NCBI GenBank assembly: GCA_043743105.1
Contig: JAYTXD010000011.1
Span: 1 to 24,000, forward strand
DNA length: 24,000 nt
DNA from: Candidatus Saccharimonadota bacterium
GTDB lineage: Bacteria; Patescibacteriota; Saccharimonadia; Saccharimonadales; JACDBH01
Direction: 5' to 3'
The notes under the pieces were generated by a model. It worked only from the letters and a program-made list of their open reading frames with translations, did not search any database and was not told the DNA's origin. Positions 7,724 through 16,367 of the stretch are shown here, in pieces. A program made the position numbers and the translations under genes. Every line of letters begins with the position of its first letter. The first letter of the stretch is position 1.

Positions 7724-8874
7724 ACGAAATAATTTGCCCACACTGTAAAAAAGCATTTAAGATCGACGAAGCAGGTTTTGCCAACATTTTAAAACAAGTT
7801 CGAGATGGTCAGTTCGAAGCTGAACTGCACGAACGGATCGAGAACGCTGTAGCACTAGCAGAAGCCAAAACTAAAAATGAGCTGCTATCCGAAATTGCAC
7901 GTAAAGATACAGAAGTTTTAAAGCTGCAAGCCAAAGTAGACGCCACGGAGACAGAAAAAAAGCTTGCTGTTACAGAGGCTGTAAACTCGGTCGAAAAACA
8001 ACGTGATGAACTAGTTGGCAAGCTAGAAGTAAAAGAACACGAACAAAAACTACTCGAATCTTCATTAAAAGAAAAATACGAATCTGAGTTGAAAACCAAA
8101 GATGAGATGATTGCGCAGTACAAAGATATGAAGATGAAACTTTCTACAAAAATGCTCGGCGAAACACTAGAACTTCATTGTGAAATTGCTTTTGCCCAAC
8201 TTCGTTCTACGGGTGCTTTCAAGAATGCTGAGTTTGGCAAAGACAACGATTCTAGCAGTGGTAGCAAAGGAGATTACATCTACCGCGAAACAGATGACAA
8301 CGGCGTTGAGTTCATCTCAATTATGTTTGAGATGAAGAACGAAGCCGATGAAACCGTTGCCAAGCACAAAAATAAAGACTTTTTCAAAGAACTAGACAAG
8401 GACCGGAACGAAAAGAAATGTGAATACGCTGTACTTGTGAGCACCCTAGAAGCGGATAGCGAACTATATACTGGGATAACTGATGTATCACATGAATTTC
8501 CAAAGATGTACGTTGTGCGGCCCCAATTTTTTATTCCTATATTGACCGTGCTGCGCAATACCGCATTCAGCTCACTGCAGTACAAGACCGAGCTTGCACT
8601 TGTTAGAAACCAAGAACTTGATATCACCAGGTTTGAAGACACAGTTAAGGATGTCGCGAAATATCTTGAGGACAATTACGACTCTGCACACAACAAATTT
8701 GGTAATGCTATTACTTCAATAGATGACGCTATCAAGAAGCTAGAAAAGACGAAAGAATTTCTTCTAGGCTCGGAAAAGAACCTGCGACTCGCTAGTAGTA
8801 AGACGGATGAACTGACCGTGAAAAAACTAACCCGTGGCAACCCTACCATGCAAGCTAAGTTCGGTGAGTTATAG
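7720..8874 (+). CDS. DUF2130-like protein: N-terminal CxxC knuckle, long coiled coil, C-terminal putative PD-(D/E)xK-type nuclease core
   Basis: [23 protein letters not shown] start, roughly 130 aa rich in E, K and L, then GDYIYRE...[10 protein letters not shown] (a D...ExK pattern). The start overlaps the dinD stop (ATGA). The family name is from memory and the nuclease assignment is an inference. Confidence 0.6.
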   Translation: MNEIICPHCKKAFKIDEAGFANILKQVRDGQFEAELHERIENAVALAEAKTKNELLSEIARKDTEVLKLQAKVDATETEKKLAVTEAVNSVEKQRDELVGKLEVKEHEQKLLESSLKEKYESELKTKDEMIAQYKDMKMKLSTKMLGETLELHCEIAFAQLRSTGAFKNAEFGKDNDSSSGSKGDYIYRETDDNGVEFISIMFEMKNEADETVAKHKNKDFFKELDKDRNEKKCEYAVLVSTLEADSELYTGITDVSHEFPKMYVVRPQFFIPILTVLRNTAFSSLQYKTELALVRNQELDITRFEDTVKDVAKYLEDNYDSAHNKFGNAITSIDDAIKKLEKTKEFLLGSEKNLRLASSKTDELTVKKLTRGNPTMQAKFGEL

Positions 8875-8918
8875 CCCCCGGTAAAACAAAACCTGTCTTT
8901 TTGACTTACTGGGGGCTA
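8872..8918 (+). repeat. Inverted repeat / hairpin built from two TATAGCCCCC copies, overlapping the DUF2130 stop codon
   Basis: TAGCCCCCGGTAA (8872-8884) pairs with TTACTGGGGGCTA (8906-8918): 13 bp with one G-T wobble and a 21-nt loop. There is no U-tail after the stem. Confidence 0.6.
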
Positions 8919-8982
8919 TAGAGGTAAAAAGGTTTTTACGGTATATACTATGCTAAAGCTTAACTACTAATATAAGGAACCT

Positions 8983-10650
8983 ATGCAAGACCAACAAGAT
9001 ACTGAACCCCAGGCACAGCCCATAAGTAAGACCCTCGAATTGCAGCGAACTCCAGGGACAGCGCATCCGCAGGCGATGCAGGCTTCCTCGGCCGTTAAAA
9101 AAGGTGGGATTGCTCACAATCTAGTCCCAATTTGTATCTTTTTAGTAGCTTTGGGCATCGGCGGTGCAACCTATGCTCTAGTCAAAAGATATACCAACAA
9201 CGTACCCACAACTTCATCCAAAAAGACTGTTGTAGGCTCGATCTTGCTGGACCGCACACTTCTACGTTACACAGAAAACGCCGCTTATGAAAAAGATGGA
9301 AGTGGCGCAACCAAAACAACCACCAATGCCGACGGAAGCACCAATTTTGTACGCAAAAAATCTTTTGTTGTGACGATAGAAAAAAACGGCTTCAATAAAG
9401 ATATTACGCTGGACGATAAAACAATTTCTTTTGGCGCAACAGCTGACAACAAATTTTTTGCACTATCCTGCACGGTGCCAGCCCTTGGTGCAGTAGGAGG
9501 TAATGATGCGACCTATACGGCACAGCTCTACAGTACAAACGGCACGAAAACGAACGCAATTACATGGAAGCAGCAGAGCGTAACGGCACCAGCCAGTGAT
9601 GACACCTGCCAGTATAGCCAAGGTTCCTTTAATGTTGTCGGAACACGCTTTGACCTTAGTTCGCGCGGCTATGGTCGGGAAGCCGTCGATGCCCTAAACT
9701 ATAAAGTTGTCTACGCCAAGCTCGATGGCACAAAACAAGATGTCGATACTGAGACTTTGAGCGATATAGACGTCCCGCTAGGTGTATCGCCTGACAAAAA
9801 AGTATTTATGTATAACCGTATTAGTGCAAAGCAATCTTTAGATGGCTGTACCGAATCAATAGCTCTTTCATATAAAATCCCAGACTTTTCTGGCCCAATC
9901 AACGAGCTCCATGCTTATAATCTTGCTACTAAATTAGACACGCTTGTTGGCACCGATAAATCGTTGTCAGCACCCTCGCACGAGATTGTGCTGGATACAA
10001 TTGGATACTTCTCAACAGATAGCAGCCGTTATTACCTCCGAGAGGGTGGGCATGGCGGCTGCAGGGGCGGCGACAGCAAACCAATACGCATTGCATATAT
10101 AGACCTCAAGACAAATAGCCTAGCTGTAATCGGCTCGCCAGAGGGCAAACAGTATTCGGGCTATTGCTTTACCGAAAATGGTGCATACGCGCTAGAATAT
10201 GGGGCTTTGGATTATTTTAACGGAGCAACACCCGCGCTCGAACCAGGGATGCCTAGCATACTCGACACCTCAACAGGCAAGACATATGAAGCTACCGATA
10301 AAAACCTAGGGTGCGATTACGCAACACATGCCAATAACAGATTTGTTGGCTTCAGCAAAATAACCACGATAGACAAAAATAATTACCCTCAAGACAAATT
10401 ACTGCTTGGGCTCAGTGTATTTAGCCCTAATGATAAAACATCGAGATCCATCACATTTAAAATACCCCTCGAGCTGGACACGCACTCCATCAATTTCACA
10501 TCCTTTTCAGCAGCCGAAGATATTGGCTATATTAACCGTATCGGAAACTATGACAGCCACACTAGTATAGCTACACCAGTTCCAACCCTTATATTCGACT
10601 TAAAGTCTGGTAATAGCCAAGAAGTACCTTACGCACAAGTCGTATTATAA
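8983..10650 (+). CDS. Hypothetical membrane-anchored protein with a large predicted extracytoplasmic domain
   Basis: 555-aa ORF with SD AAGGA 5 nt upstream. A polar N-terminal tail is followed by one TM helix (LVPICIFLVALGIGGATYALV) and then about 480 aa rich in T, S, D, G and N. I recognise no motif. A strong terminator follows. Confidence 0.7.
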   Translation: MQDQQDTEPQAQPISKTLELQRTPGTAHPQAMQASSAVKKGGIAHNLVPICIFLVALGIGGATYALVKRYTNNVPTTSSKKTVVGSILLDRTLLRYTENAAYEKDGSGATKTTTNADGSTNFVRKKSFVVTIEKNGFNKDITLDDKTISFGATADNKFFALSCTVPALGAVGGNDATYTAQLYSTNGTKTNAITWKQQSVTAPASDDTCQYSQGSFNVVGTRFDLSSRGYGREAVDALNYKVVYAKLDGTKQDVDTETLSDIDVPLGVSPDKKVFMYNRISAKQSLDGCTESIALSYKIPDFSGPINELHAYNLATKLDTLVGTDKSLSAPSHEIVLDTIGYFSTDSSRYYLREGGHGGCRGGDSKPIRIAYIDLKTNSLAVIGSPEGKQYSGYCFTENGAYALEYGALDYFNGATPALEPGMPSILDTSTGKTYEATDKNLGCDYATHANNRFVGFSKITTIDKNNYPQDKLLLGLSVFSPNDKTSRSITFKIPLELDTHSINFTSFSAAEDIGYINRIGNYDSHTSIATPVPTLIFDLKSGNSQEVPYAQVVL

Positions 10651-10664
10651 AAACCTAGGGTATT

Positions 10665-10694
10665 AAAAACACCCACTTAAAGTAGGGTGTTTTT
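10665..10694 (+). terminator. Rho-independent terminator after the 555-aa ORF
   Basis: AAAAACACCC / GGGTGTTTTT form a 10-bp stem with a 10-nt loop. A T run lies at the 3' end and an A run at the 5' end, so it could work in both directions. Confidence 0.75.
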
Positions 10695-10718
10695 AAGTTT
10701 AAAATATGTTGGAGTGTT

Positions 10719-10731
10719 AGTTATAGCCCCC
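10719..10731 (+). repeat. Direct-repeat copy AGTTATAGCCCCC (partner at 8867-8879)
   Basis: Exact 13-mer shared with 8867-8879. The next 26 nt match the partner in 16 of 26 positions at equal length, both ending in CTTTTGAC. Confidence 0.5.
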
Positions 10732-10871
10732 CCAAAGACAAATACACTACTTTTGACAAGCCCTCAACTTGCGAAGGCAGTAATATTTATTACACAACAA
10801 AATACTCACTTGGGTTGGCTATGAACATTGTAAAACAGGGGCGTATGCGCCATAATACAGACTAAGTTCTT

Positions 10872-12176
10872 ATGCTTTATATAGTTATTATTACGGGGGT
10901 ATTTACTGTGGTGGCCGTCACTGCCATATTAGTTATGTCCATAAAAAAGCGTAACAAAAAAGGTCCCAAAGGCACCGAACACTTCCTTGCAGCCGACTTG
11001 CGTGACGAAAGGCTAAAGTCAGAGCTTATTTTAAACGCCATAGAAGACGGCGTAGTATTACTAGACGACCAGAGAGTCATCCAGCTGTTTAATCCTGCTG
11101 CAGGCGCTATAACCGGCTGGGACCCGGCAACTGCTATGGGGATCGACTACAAATCAGTCCTGAAGTTTATAAACGAAAAGGGTGAGCCCTACGCGCCCGA
11201 AAATGACCCTGTTAACATCGCCCTTACAGAAAAACGCACAGTTAAAGACAATGGCGCCAATCTTGCAACCCAGTCTAAAAATATTATGTCTCTAGCAATA
11301 ACGGTGTCACCGATTTTAGATGCAGCCCAAAACATTCGTGGAGCTGTTGCAGTTTTTCGTGATGTTGGAGAAGAACGCAAAGTGGGCCAGCAGCGCGCCG
11401 AGTTTGTAAGCACTGCCAGCCATGAAATGCGTACTCCGGTTGCAGCTATTGAAGGCTATCTGGCATTGGCTCTCAACGACAAAGTCAGCACCATCGACAG
11501 CAAAGCCCGTAACTTTCTTGAAAAAGCGCACGAAAGCACACAGCATCTCGGTCAGCTGTTTCAAGATCTACTTACGAGCGCTAAGGCAGAGGATGGACGT
11601 CTCACCAACCACCCCGTCGTTGTAGAAGTTAGCTCAATGCTAGAAAGCCTAACTGATGGGCTCAAGTTTGCAGCACAAAAAAAAGGCTTATCCGTAGAGT
11701 TTGTCTTGGGAGCGCCAAATAGCGTCATTGATGCCAGCGGCGGCAATGTCTTAAAGCCACTATACTACGTCCAGGTTGACCCAGACCGCATTCGTGAAGT
11801 TATTACCAACTTGTTTGACAATGCCGTTAAATACACCGACAGCGGCAAAATTACTCTAGGTCTTACAGGTGACGATAACGTCGTTCAGCTACGCGTAAGC
11901 GATACTGGCCACGGTATCCAGACCGATGATGCAAAACATTTATTCGAAAAATTCTACCGCGTCGACAATTCTAATACCCGTACTGTTGGTGGCACAGGTT
12001 TGGGGCTCTTTATTTGTCGTAAAATTGTTGAGCTTTATAACGGCCGTATCTGGGTAGACAGCATTGTCGACAAGGGCAGCACGTTTTATATTAATCTACC
12101 TCGTCTTAGCTCCGATCGCGCCCAAATATTGATGCGTGAAGAAAGTGCTAAGACTTCGGTATTATCAAGCAAATGA
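10872..12176 (+). CDS. Sensor histidine kinase (TM, PAS, HisKA and HATPase_c regions)
   Basis: N-terminal TM helix, a PAS-like region (LNAIEDGVVLLDDQRVIQLFNPAAGAITGW), H-box STASHEMRTPVAAIEGY, N-box NLFDNAVKYT, and G-boxes DTGHGI and GTGLGLFICRKIV. Confidence 0.9.
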   Translation: MLYIVIITGVFTVVAVTAILVMSIKKRNKKGPKGTEHFLAADLRDERLKSELILNAIEDGVVLLDDQRVIQLFNPAAGAITGWDPATAMGIDYKSVLKFINEKGEPYAPENDPVNIALTEKRTVKDNGANLATQSKNIMSLAITVSPILDAAQNIRGAVAVFRDVGEERKVGQQRAEFVSTASHEMRTPVAAIEGYLALALNDKVSTIDSKARNFLEKAHESTQHLGQLFQDLLTSAKAEDGRLTNHPVVVEVSSMLESLTDGLKFAAQKKGLSVEFVLGAPNSVIDASGGNVLKPLYYVQVDPDRIREVITNLFDNAVKYTDSGKITLGLTGDDNVVQLRVSDTGHGIQTDDAKHLFEKFYRVDNSNTRTVGGTGLGLFICRKIVELYNGRIWVDSIVDKGSTFYINLPRLSSDRAQILMREESAKTSVLSSK

Positions 12177-12246
12177 TATCAGCAAGAGTTCGTGATACAA
12201 TGACCGTAATGAAGCATAAACACATAAGCAAGAGAGGATAGCAACG

Positions 12247-13149
12247 ATGTCAAAAATCATGCTCGTCGAGGACGACAACAATTTACGAGAAATCTATGAG
12301 GCACGCTTGCTTGCGGAGGGCTACGAGATTGTCTCGGCGCACGACGGCGAAGAAGCCCTGGCACTTGCTGTCAAAGAAAAGCCAGATCTTATAATTTCAG
12401 ACGTTATGATGCCTAAAATCAGTGGCTTTGATATGCTAGATATACTTCGTTCTACTCCTGAGACTAAAGATACGAAAGTAATAATGATGACCGCCTTAAG
12501 CCAGGCTGAAGATAAAGAACGTGCCGATAAACTTGGCGCCGACCGCTACTTGGTTAAATCGCAAGTAACCCTCGAGGATGTTGCAAAGATTGCTCGTGAA
12601 GTTATTGAGGGCACGGGCGCAGCACCAAGACCTGCTGCAATCGAAGAAACAATGCTTACAACTCCTCAGCCAGTAGCTACCGTTGCAACACCTCCAGCTG
12701 CTGTAGCTGATACTCCTGTTGTTGCACCACCCGCTGATCCGATGGCTACAACAAACTCTGGTCCAATCACACCTGTCGATTCGCCTTTAGCGCCTATACT
12801 AGAACCTGTGATGCCTTATGATGCAACAGTGCCTTCAACGCAAAGCCCAGTTGAGTCAGCTCAAACGTCGTCAGACGAGCTCTCGACAGTAACCGAACAA
12901 ATTAACCAGTTCGTCAGCCAAACACCGGCCCTAGAAGTTACGCCAGAAGCTACACCAGCAAGTGACGCCCAAAGCAGAATGTCTGGCGCAAAAGTTATAC
13001 AGCCAATTAATGACCCAACCGCCAAGCCGGACCTCGACAAACTCCTTGCAGATGAAGAGAAAAAAACTACCAGCACAGGTACCATTGTTTCACCACAGAC
13101 CGATGCTGCTATGTCTAGCTCAAATGACCCAAACCTAATATCGTTATAG
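12247..13149 (+). CDS. Response regulator receiver domain fused to a roughly 175-aa Pro/Thr/Ala/Ser-rich low-complexity tail, with no recognisable output domain
   Basis: Receiver motifs MLVEDD...LIISDVMMPKISGFD...VIMMTAL...YLVK. Residues from about 125 to 300 are P/T/A/S-rich. SD GAGAGGA lies upstream. Confidence 0.85.
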   Translation: MSKIMLVEDDNNLREIYEARLLAEGYEIVSAHDGEEALALAVKEKPDLIISDVMMPKISGFDMLDILRSTPETKDTKVIMMTALSQAEDKERADKLGADRYLVKSQVTLEDVAKIAREVIEGTGAAPRPAAIEETMLTTPQPVATVATPPAAVADTPVVAPPADPMATTNSGPITPVDSPLAPILEPVMPYDATVPSTQSPVESAQTSSDELSTVTEQINQFVSQTPALEVTPEATPASDAQSRMSGAKVIQPINDPTAKPDLDKLLADEEKKTTSTGTIVSPQTDAAMSSSNDPNLISL

Positions 13150-13150
13150 T

Positions 13151-13864
13151 ATGCGCATAAATCGTTACATAGCCGCCGCAACGGGCATTTCGCGACGCGC
13201 CGCAGATAAGTTAGTGCAGGGTAACGCAGTGTTTATAAATGGCCTCCCAGCTCAGCTCAGTGACCATGCCACCGCCAACGACAAGGTATTTGTCAACAAA
13301 AAACAATTTTTTTTACCTGCCGAAACTACAACAATTATGCTCAATAAACCCGTCAGTTACGTATGCTCGAGAGATGGGCAGGGCAGTAAAACTATCTACA
13401 GCCTGCTCCCCGATGAATATAGGTCATTAAAGCCTGTTGGAAGGCTCGACAAGGACTCTAGCGGGCTTTTAGTATTGACTGACGACGGCCAGTTAGCCCA
13501 CGAACTAACACATCCGAAATTTGTGAAAGATAAGATCTATCTAGTGCACCTAACTCACACTCTTAAAGGTACGGATTTTGACTTAATTACTAAAAAAGGC
13601 GTTAATATCGGTGATAAAACACTTAGCAAATTCCGCCTTGAGGTTCACGCGCCAGACCATGAGGCAGGTGAAGCCCACAAAACACACGACAATTGTTTTG
13701 CCGAGAATAATAAAGATTGGATAGTAACACTACAAGAAGGTCGAAACCGCCAGATCCGCCGCACATTCAGCGCGCTAGGTTATACAGTCAAAACTCTTCA
13801 CCGTATCACTTTCGGCGATTATTTTTTATTAGAGCTACAAAGCGGACAGTTCAAAAAAGTATAA
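13151..13864 (+). CDS. Pseudouridine synthase, RsuA/RluB family (S4 domain plus catalytic domain)
   Basis: N-terminal S4-like region (MRINRYIAAATGISRRAADKLV) and catalytic motif GRLDKDSSGLLVLTDDG, with RNRQIRR near the C-terminus. The start is 1 nt after the upstream stop. Confidence 0.85.
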   Translation: MRINRYIAAATGISRRAADKLVQGNAVFINGLPAQLSDHATANDKVFVNKKQFFLPAETTTIMLNKPVSYVCSRDGQGSKTIYSLLPDEYRSLKPVGRLDKDSSGLLVLTDDGQLAHELTHPKFVKDKIYLVHLTHTLKGTDFDLITKKGVNIGDKTLSKFRLEVHAPDHEAGEAHKTHDNCFAENNKDWIVTLQEGRNRQIRRTFSALGYTVKTLHRITFGDYFLLELQSGQFKKV

Positions 13865-13909
13865 ATTTAACAGTGCATTATTTTACCCCTTTTGTCAAGA
13901 GGCGTTACC

Positions 13910-13918
13910 TGTTATAAT
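13910..13918 (+). promoter_or_regulatory. Extended -10 element (TGtTATAAT) 9 nt upstream of the der ATG; putative leaderless promoter
   Basis: The sequence reads TTGTCA (13892-13897)...ccTGtTATAATgaatacaacATG. No SD sequence. Confidence 0.45.
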
Positions 13919-13927
13919 GAATACAAC

Positions 13928-15343
13928 ATGAGTGTAAAAGTTCCTATAGTAGCGATTATCGGCCGTGCAAACGTTGGCAAGTCCAGCTTATTCAACGCGG
14001 CCCTTGGACGGCGTGAAGCAATTGTGGCCGACGAAGCAGGTACCACTCGTGACAGCCTGTATGGCAAAGTAACGTTTTATGACAAGGATTTTTGGCTCGT
14101 CGACACCGCTGGACTCAAGCAAAAGGCCGCCGATGAGTTTGAATTTACCATCCAGGAGCAGATTGCCCAGGCCGCCGACAGCGCCGACCTTATCTTGGTC
14201 GTGATCGAATCCCACGTCACTTTAACCGAAGAGGACCGCAAAGTCGCCAAAATGGCTCTCAAAACACGTAAGCCTGTTATTTTGGTCGTCAACAAGGGCG
14301 ACAAGCTTGGCCGCCATATCAATAATGACGATGTCATGGCCCCATACCAACGTCTTGGCATCAAAGATATCTTCATCACCAGCGCCACCCAATCTGCCGG
14401 CATCGAAGAGTTGTTTGAGTACGTCAGTAGTATTATTCCAAAAGCCACCATCGTTGTGGCCGAAGACCGTATATCACTAGCTATCTTAGGTCGCCCAAAC
14501 GTTGGTAAATCACAGCTTTTTAACGCTCTAGCTAAAAAGCAGCAGGCAATTGTGGCCGACCGCGCAGGGACCACCCGTGACATTAACCGCACAGCTGTTA
14601 AGTTTATGGGTAAAGAAATTGAGCTTATGGACACCGCTGGCATCCGTCGTAACGGCAAGATTGAAGTAGGCGTTGAAAAGTTTAGTGTTATTCGATCTTT
14701 GAGCGCCATTGAACAGTCCGACATCTGTTTGTTACTCATCGATGCCAACGATTTAAGCGTACAACTCGACCAAAAAATAGCCGGCATGATTAAAGAAGCA
14801 GGCAAGGGGTTAATTATTATTATCAGTAAGTGGGACAGTGTAGAAGACAAAGATGCATACACACATGACAAAATGATCCCAACCGTTAAATCAGAGTTCG
14901 AGTTTGTGCCGTGGGCTCCTATGATTGTCACGAGCAGTGTTACTGGCCAAAACGTCAGCAAGATCTTTGAAATGGTACTCGAGGTTTCTGCTATGCGCCA
15001 CAAACGCCTAAAAACATCCGAACTCAACGGCTGGCTGCACAAGACTACCGACAGGCACCCGCCAGCTGGCCTTAAAAACCGCCAGCCTAAGCTACGCTAC
15101 GTCGTACAAGAAGAAGGAAATGATAGCCCTAACTTCAAGATTTTTGGCTCACAACTTAAGTTTTTACATTGGTCGTATCGCCGTCATCTCGACAGAACCT
15201 TCCGCGAAACCTTTGGCTTTGAAGGCACCCCAGTTAAGTTTTGGTACATCGACCAGCACGAACCCCGCGAGAAAAAAGACGGCATCGACTGGAAGAAAAA
15301 TCTTCGCCCCGACCAGCTGCCTGACCGCACCAAAAAAGATTAG
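13928..15343 (+). CDS. der: Ribosome-biogenesis GTPase Der (EngA), tandem GTPase domains plus a KH-like C-terminus
   Basis: Two P-loops (GRANVGKSSLFN, GRPNVGKSQLFN), two DTAG motifs and two NKxD/SKWD motifs. I prefer ATG 13928 (MSVKVPIVAIIG) to the TTG at 13892, which overlaps the -35-like hexamer (TTGTCA 13892-13897). Confidence 0.92.
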   Translation: MSVKVPIVAIIGRANVGKSSLFNAALGRREAIVADEAGTTRDSLYGKVTFYDKDFWLVDTAGLKQKAADEFEFTIQEQIAQAADSADLILVVIESHVTLTEEDRKVAKMALKTRKPVILVVNKGDKLGRHINNDDVMAPYQRLGIKDIFITSATQSAGIEELFEYVSSIIPKATIVVAEDRISLAILGRPNVGKSQLFNALAKKQQAIVADRAGTTRDINRTAVKFMGKEIELMDTAGIRRNGKIEVGVEKFSVIRSLSAIEQSDICLLLIDANDLSVQLDQKIAGMIKEAGKGLIIIISKWDSVEDKDAYTHDKMIPTVKSEFEFVPWAPMIVTSSVTGQNVSKIFEMVLEVSAMRHKRLKTSELNGWLHKTTDRHPPAGLKNRQPKLRYVVQEEGNDSPNFKIFGSQLKFLHWSYRRHLDRTFRETFGFEGTPVKFWYIDQHEPREKKDGIDWKKNLRPDQLPDRTKKD

Positions 15344-15359
15344 ATCGCACGTTTTGCAG

Positions 15360-15365
15360 TATACT
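15360..15365 (+). promoter_or_regulatory. -10-like hexamer TATACT 7 nt upstream of the pth ATG
   Basis: The sequence reads gcagTATACTaacacctATG. No SD sequence. Confidence 0.35.
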
Positions 15366-15372
15366 AACACCT

Positions 15373-16002
15373 ATGGGACTTTTTGAACGCAAATCTACAC
15401 CTATTACTATGAGCTATTTCAGTGTGGGTAACGAAAAAACCAAACTCGTTGTAGGCCTCGGCAACTTTGGAAAAAAATACGATAAAACACGGCATAATGC
15501 TGGTTTTTTGTGTATTGACCACGCCGCTAACCAGGCAGGCGGCGAATGGAAAGAAAAAAAGTCACTCAAATGTTTTGTAAGTGAAGTCCGTGTCGGTGAA
15601 AAACGTGTAATCTTCGTTAAGCCAACCACTCTCATGAACCTCAGTGGCGATGCTGTCCAAGCTGTTAAGCAATTTTATAAAATAGAAAATAAGGATATAT
15701 TAGTCGTGCACGACGAGCTGGCGCTACCGTTTGGCTCACTCCGTATCCGCACGGGCGGCAGTAGTGCGGGCAATAACGGCATTAAATCTGTTTCGGCAAC
15801 ATTGGGCGAAGAATACTCACGCCTTCGCATTGGCATAGCTGGCGATCCAGCGCGCAAAGAGGACGCAAGCGCCTATGTACTCAAAAACTTTAGTAAAACA
15901 GAGCATGGGCACTTTAAAGCCCTCTACACGGAGGTTAACGCCCTCATAACTGAATTCATATACTCCGACCATCTCCAACCCGACACCCGCCAATTTATAT
16001 AA
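15373..16002 (+). CDS. pth: Peptidyl-tRNA hydrolase
   Basis: LVVGLGNFGKKYDKTRHNAGF, FVKPTTLMNLSG, VVHDELALPFG and GNNGIKS are canonical Pth motifs. Confidence 0.9.
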   Translation: MGLFERKSTPITMSYFSVGNEKTKLVVGLGNFGKKYDKTRHNAGFLCIDHAANQAGGEWKEKKSLKCFVSEVRVGEKRVIFVKPTTLMNLSGDAVQAVKQFYKIENKDILVVHDELALPFGSLRIRTGGSSAGNNGIKSVSATLGEEYSRLRIGIAGDPARKEDASAYVLKNFSKTEHGHFKALYTEVNALITEFIYSDHLQPDTRQFI

Positions 16003-16017
16003 ACATCCCGAAGATAC

Positions 16018-16284
16018 TTATTGTTGTGGGTTGGTCGCTAAACTGCCTAGCTGGCTGATTATTTGAAGTGCCGAGGTTTGATTGCTTGCGGCTTCCTTGA
16101 TCTCTGCTATTTCTGCCCGTGTCGGACCATTAACCTGCGCTAGCTCGCAGCTTCTAGCGCTAAGGCCCCGAGATGCATCTCCTATTTTAGACAGAAGTCC
16201 ATCCACCTCTCCCTGGGCGTAGGGCCTCTCATCGAGGCCAAAAAGCCTTTGCTCATCTTGATTAAATATTATATGGATTTCCAT
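16018..16284 (-). CDS. Hypothetical 88-aa protein
   Basis: ORF convergent with pth. Its composition looks protein-like, and a -10-like TAATAT sits 8 nt upstream of the ATG, the same architecture as other first genes here. I recognise no motif. Confidence 0.5.
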   Translation of the reverse strand: MEIHIIFNQDEQRLFGLDERPYAQGEVDGLLSKIGDASRGLSARSCELAQVNGPTRAEIAEIKEAASNQTSALQIISQLGSLATNPQQ

Positions 16285-16292
16285 AATTAGTA

Positions 16293-16298
16293 ATATTA
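16293..16298 (-). promoter_or_regulatory. -10-like hexamer TAATAT (minus strand) 8 nt upstream of the 88-aa ORF ATG
   Basis: The minus strand reads gcttTAATATtactaattATG. Confidence 0.35.
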
Positions 16299-16367
16299 AA
16301 GCATGTATTAAAGATTATGTACAGCATTCGTGAAGTAACAACCTGTTTCGTAGTAGGTGAGTTTACG

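Noticed and set aside
14077-15042. A 321-aa ORF on the minus strand inside der. Similar long antisense ORFs occur at 1789-2226, 2198-2566, 7354-7743, 7809-8123, 8280-8675, 17426-17767 and 20083-20514.
   Set aside because: Each lies fully inside a gene with strong family motifs on the opposite strand and has Ser/Cys/Leu-rich shadow-frame composition. I found no start-site signals. I treat them as non-coding shadow ORFs.
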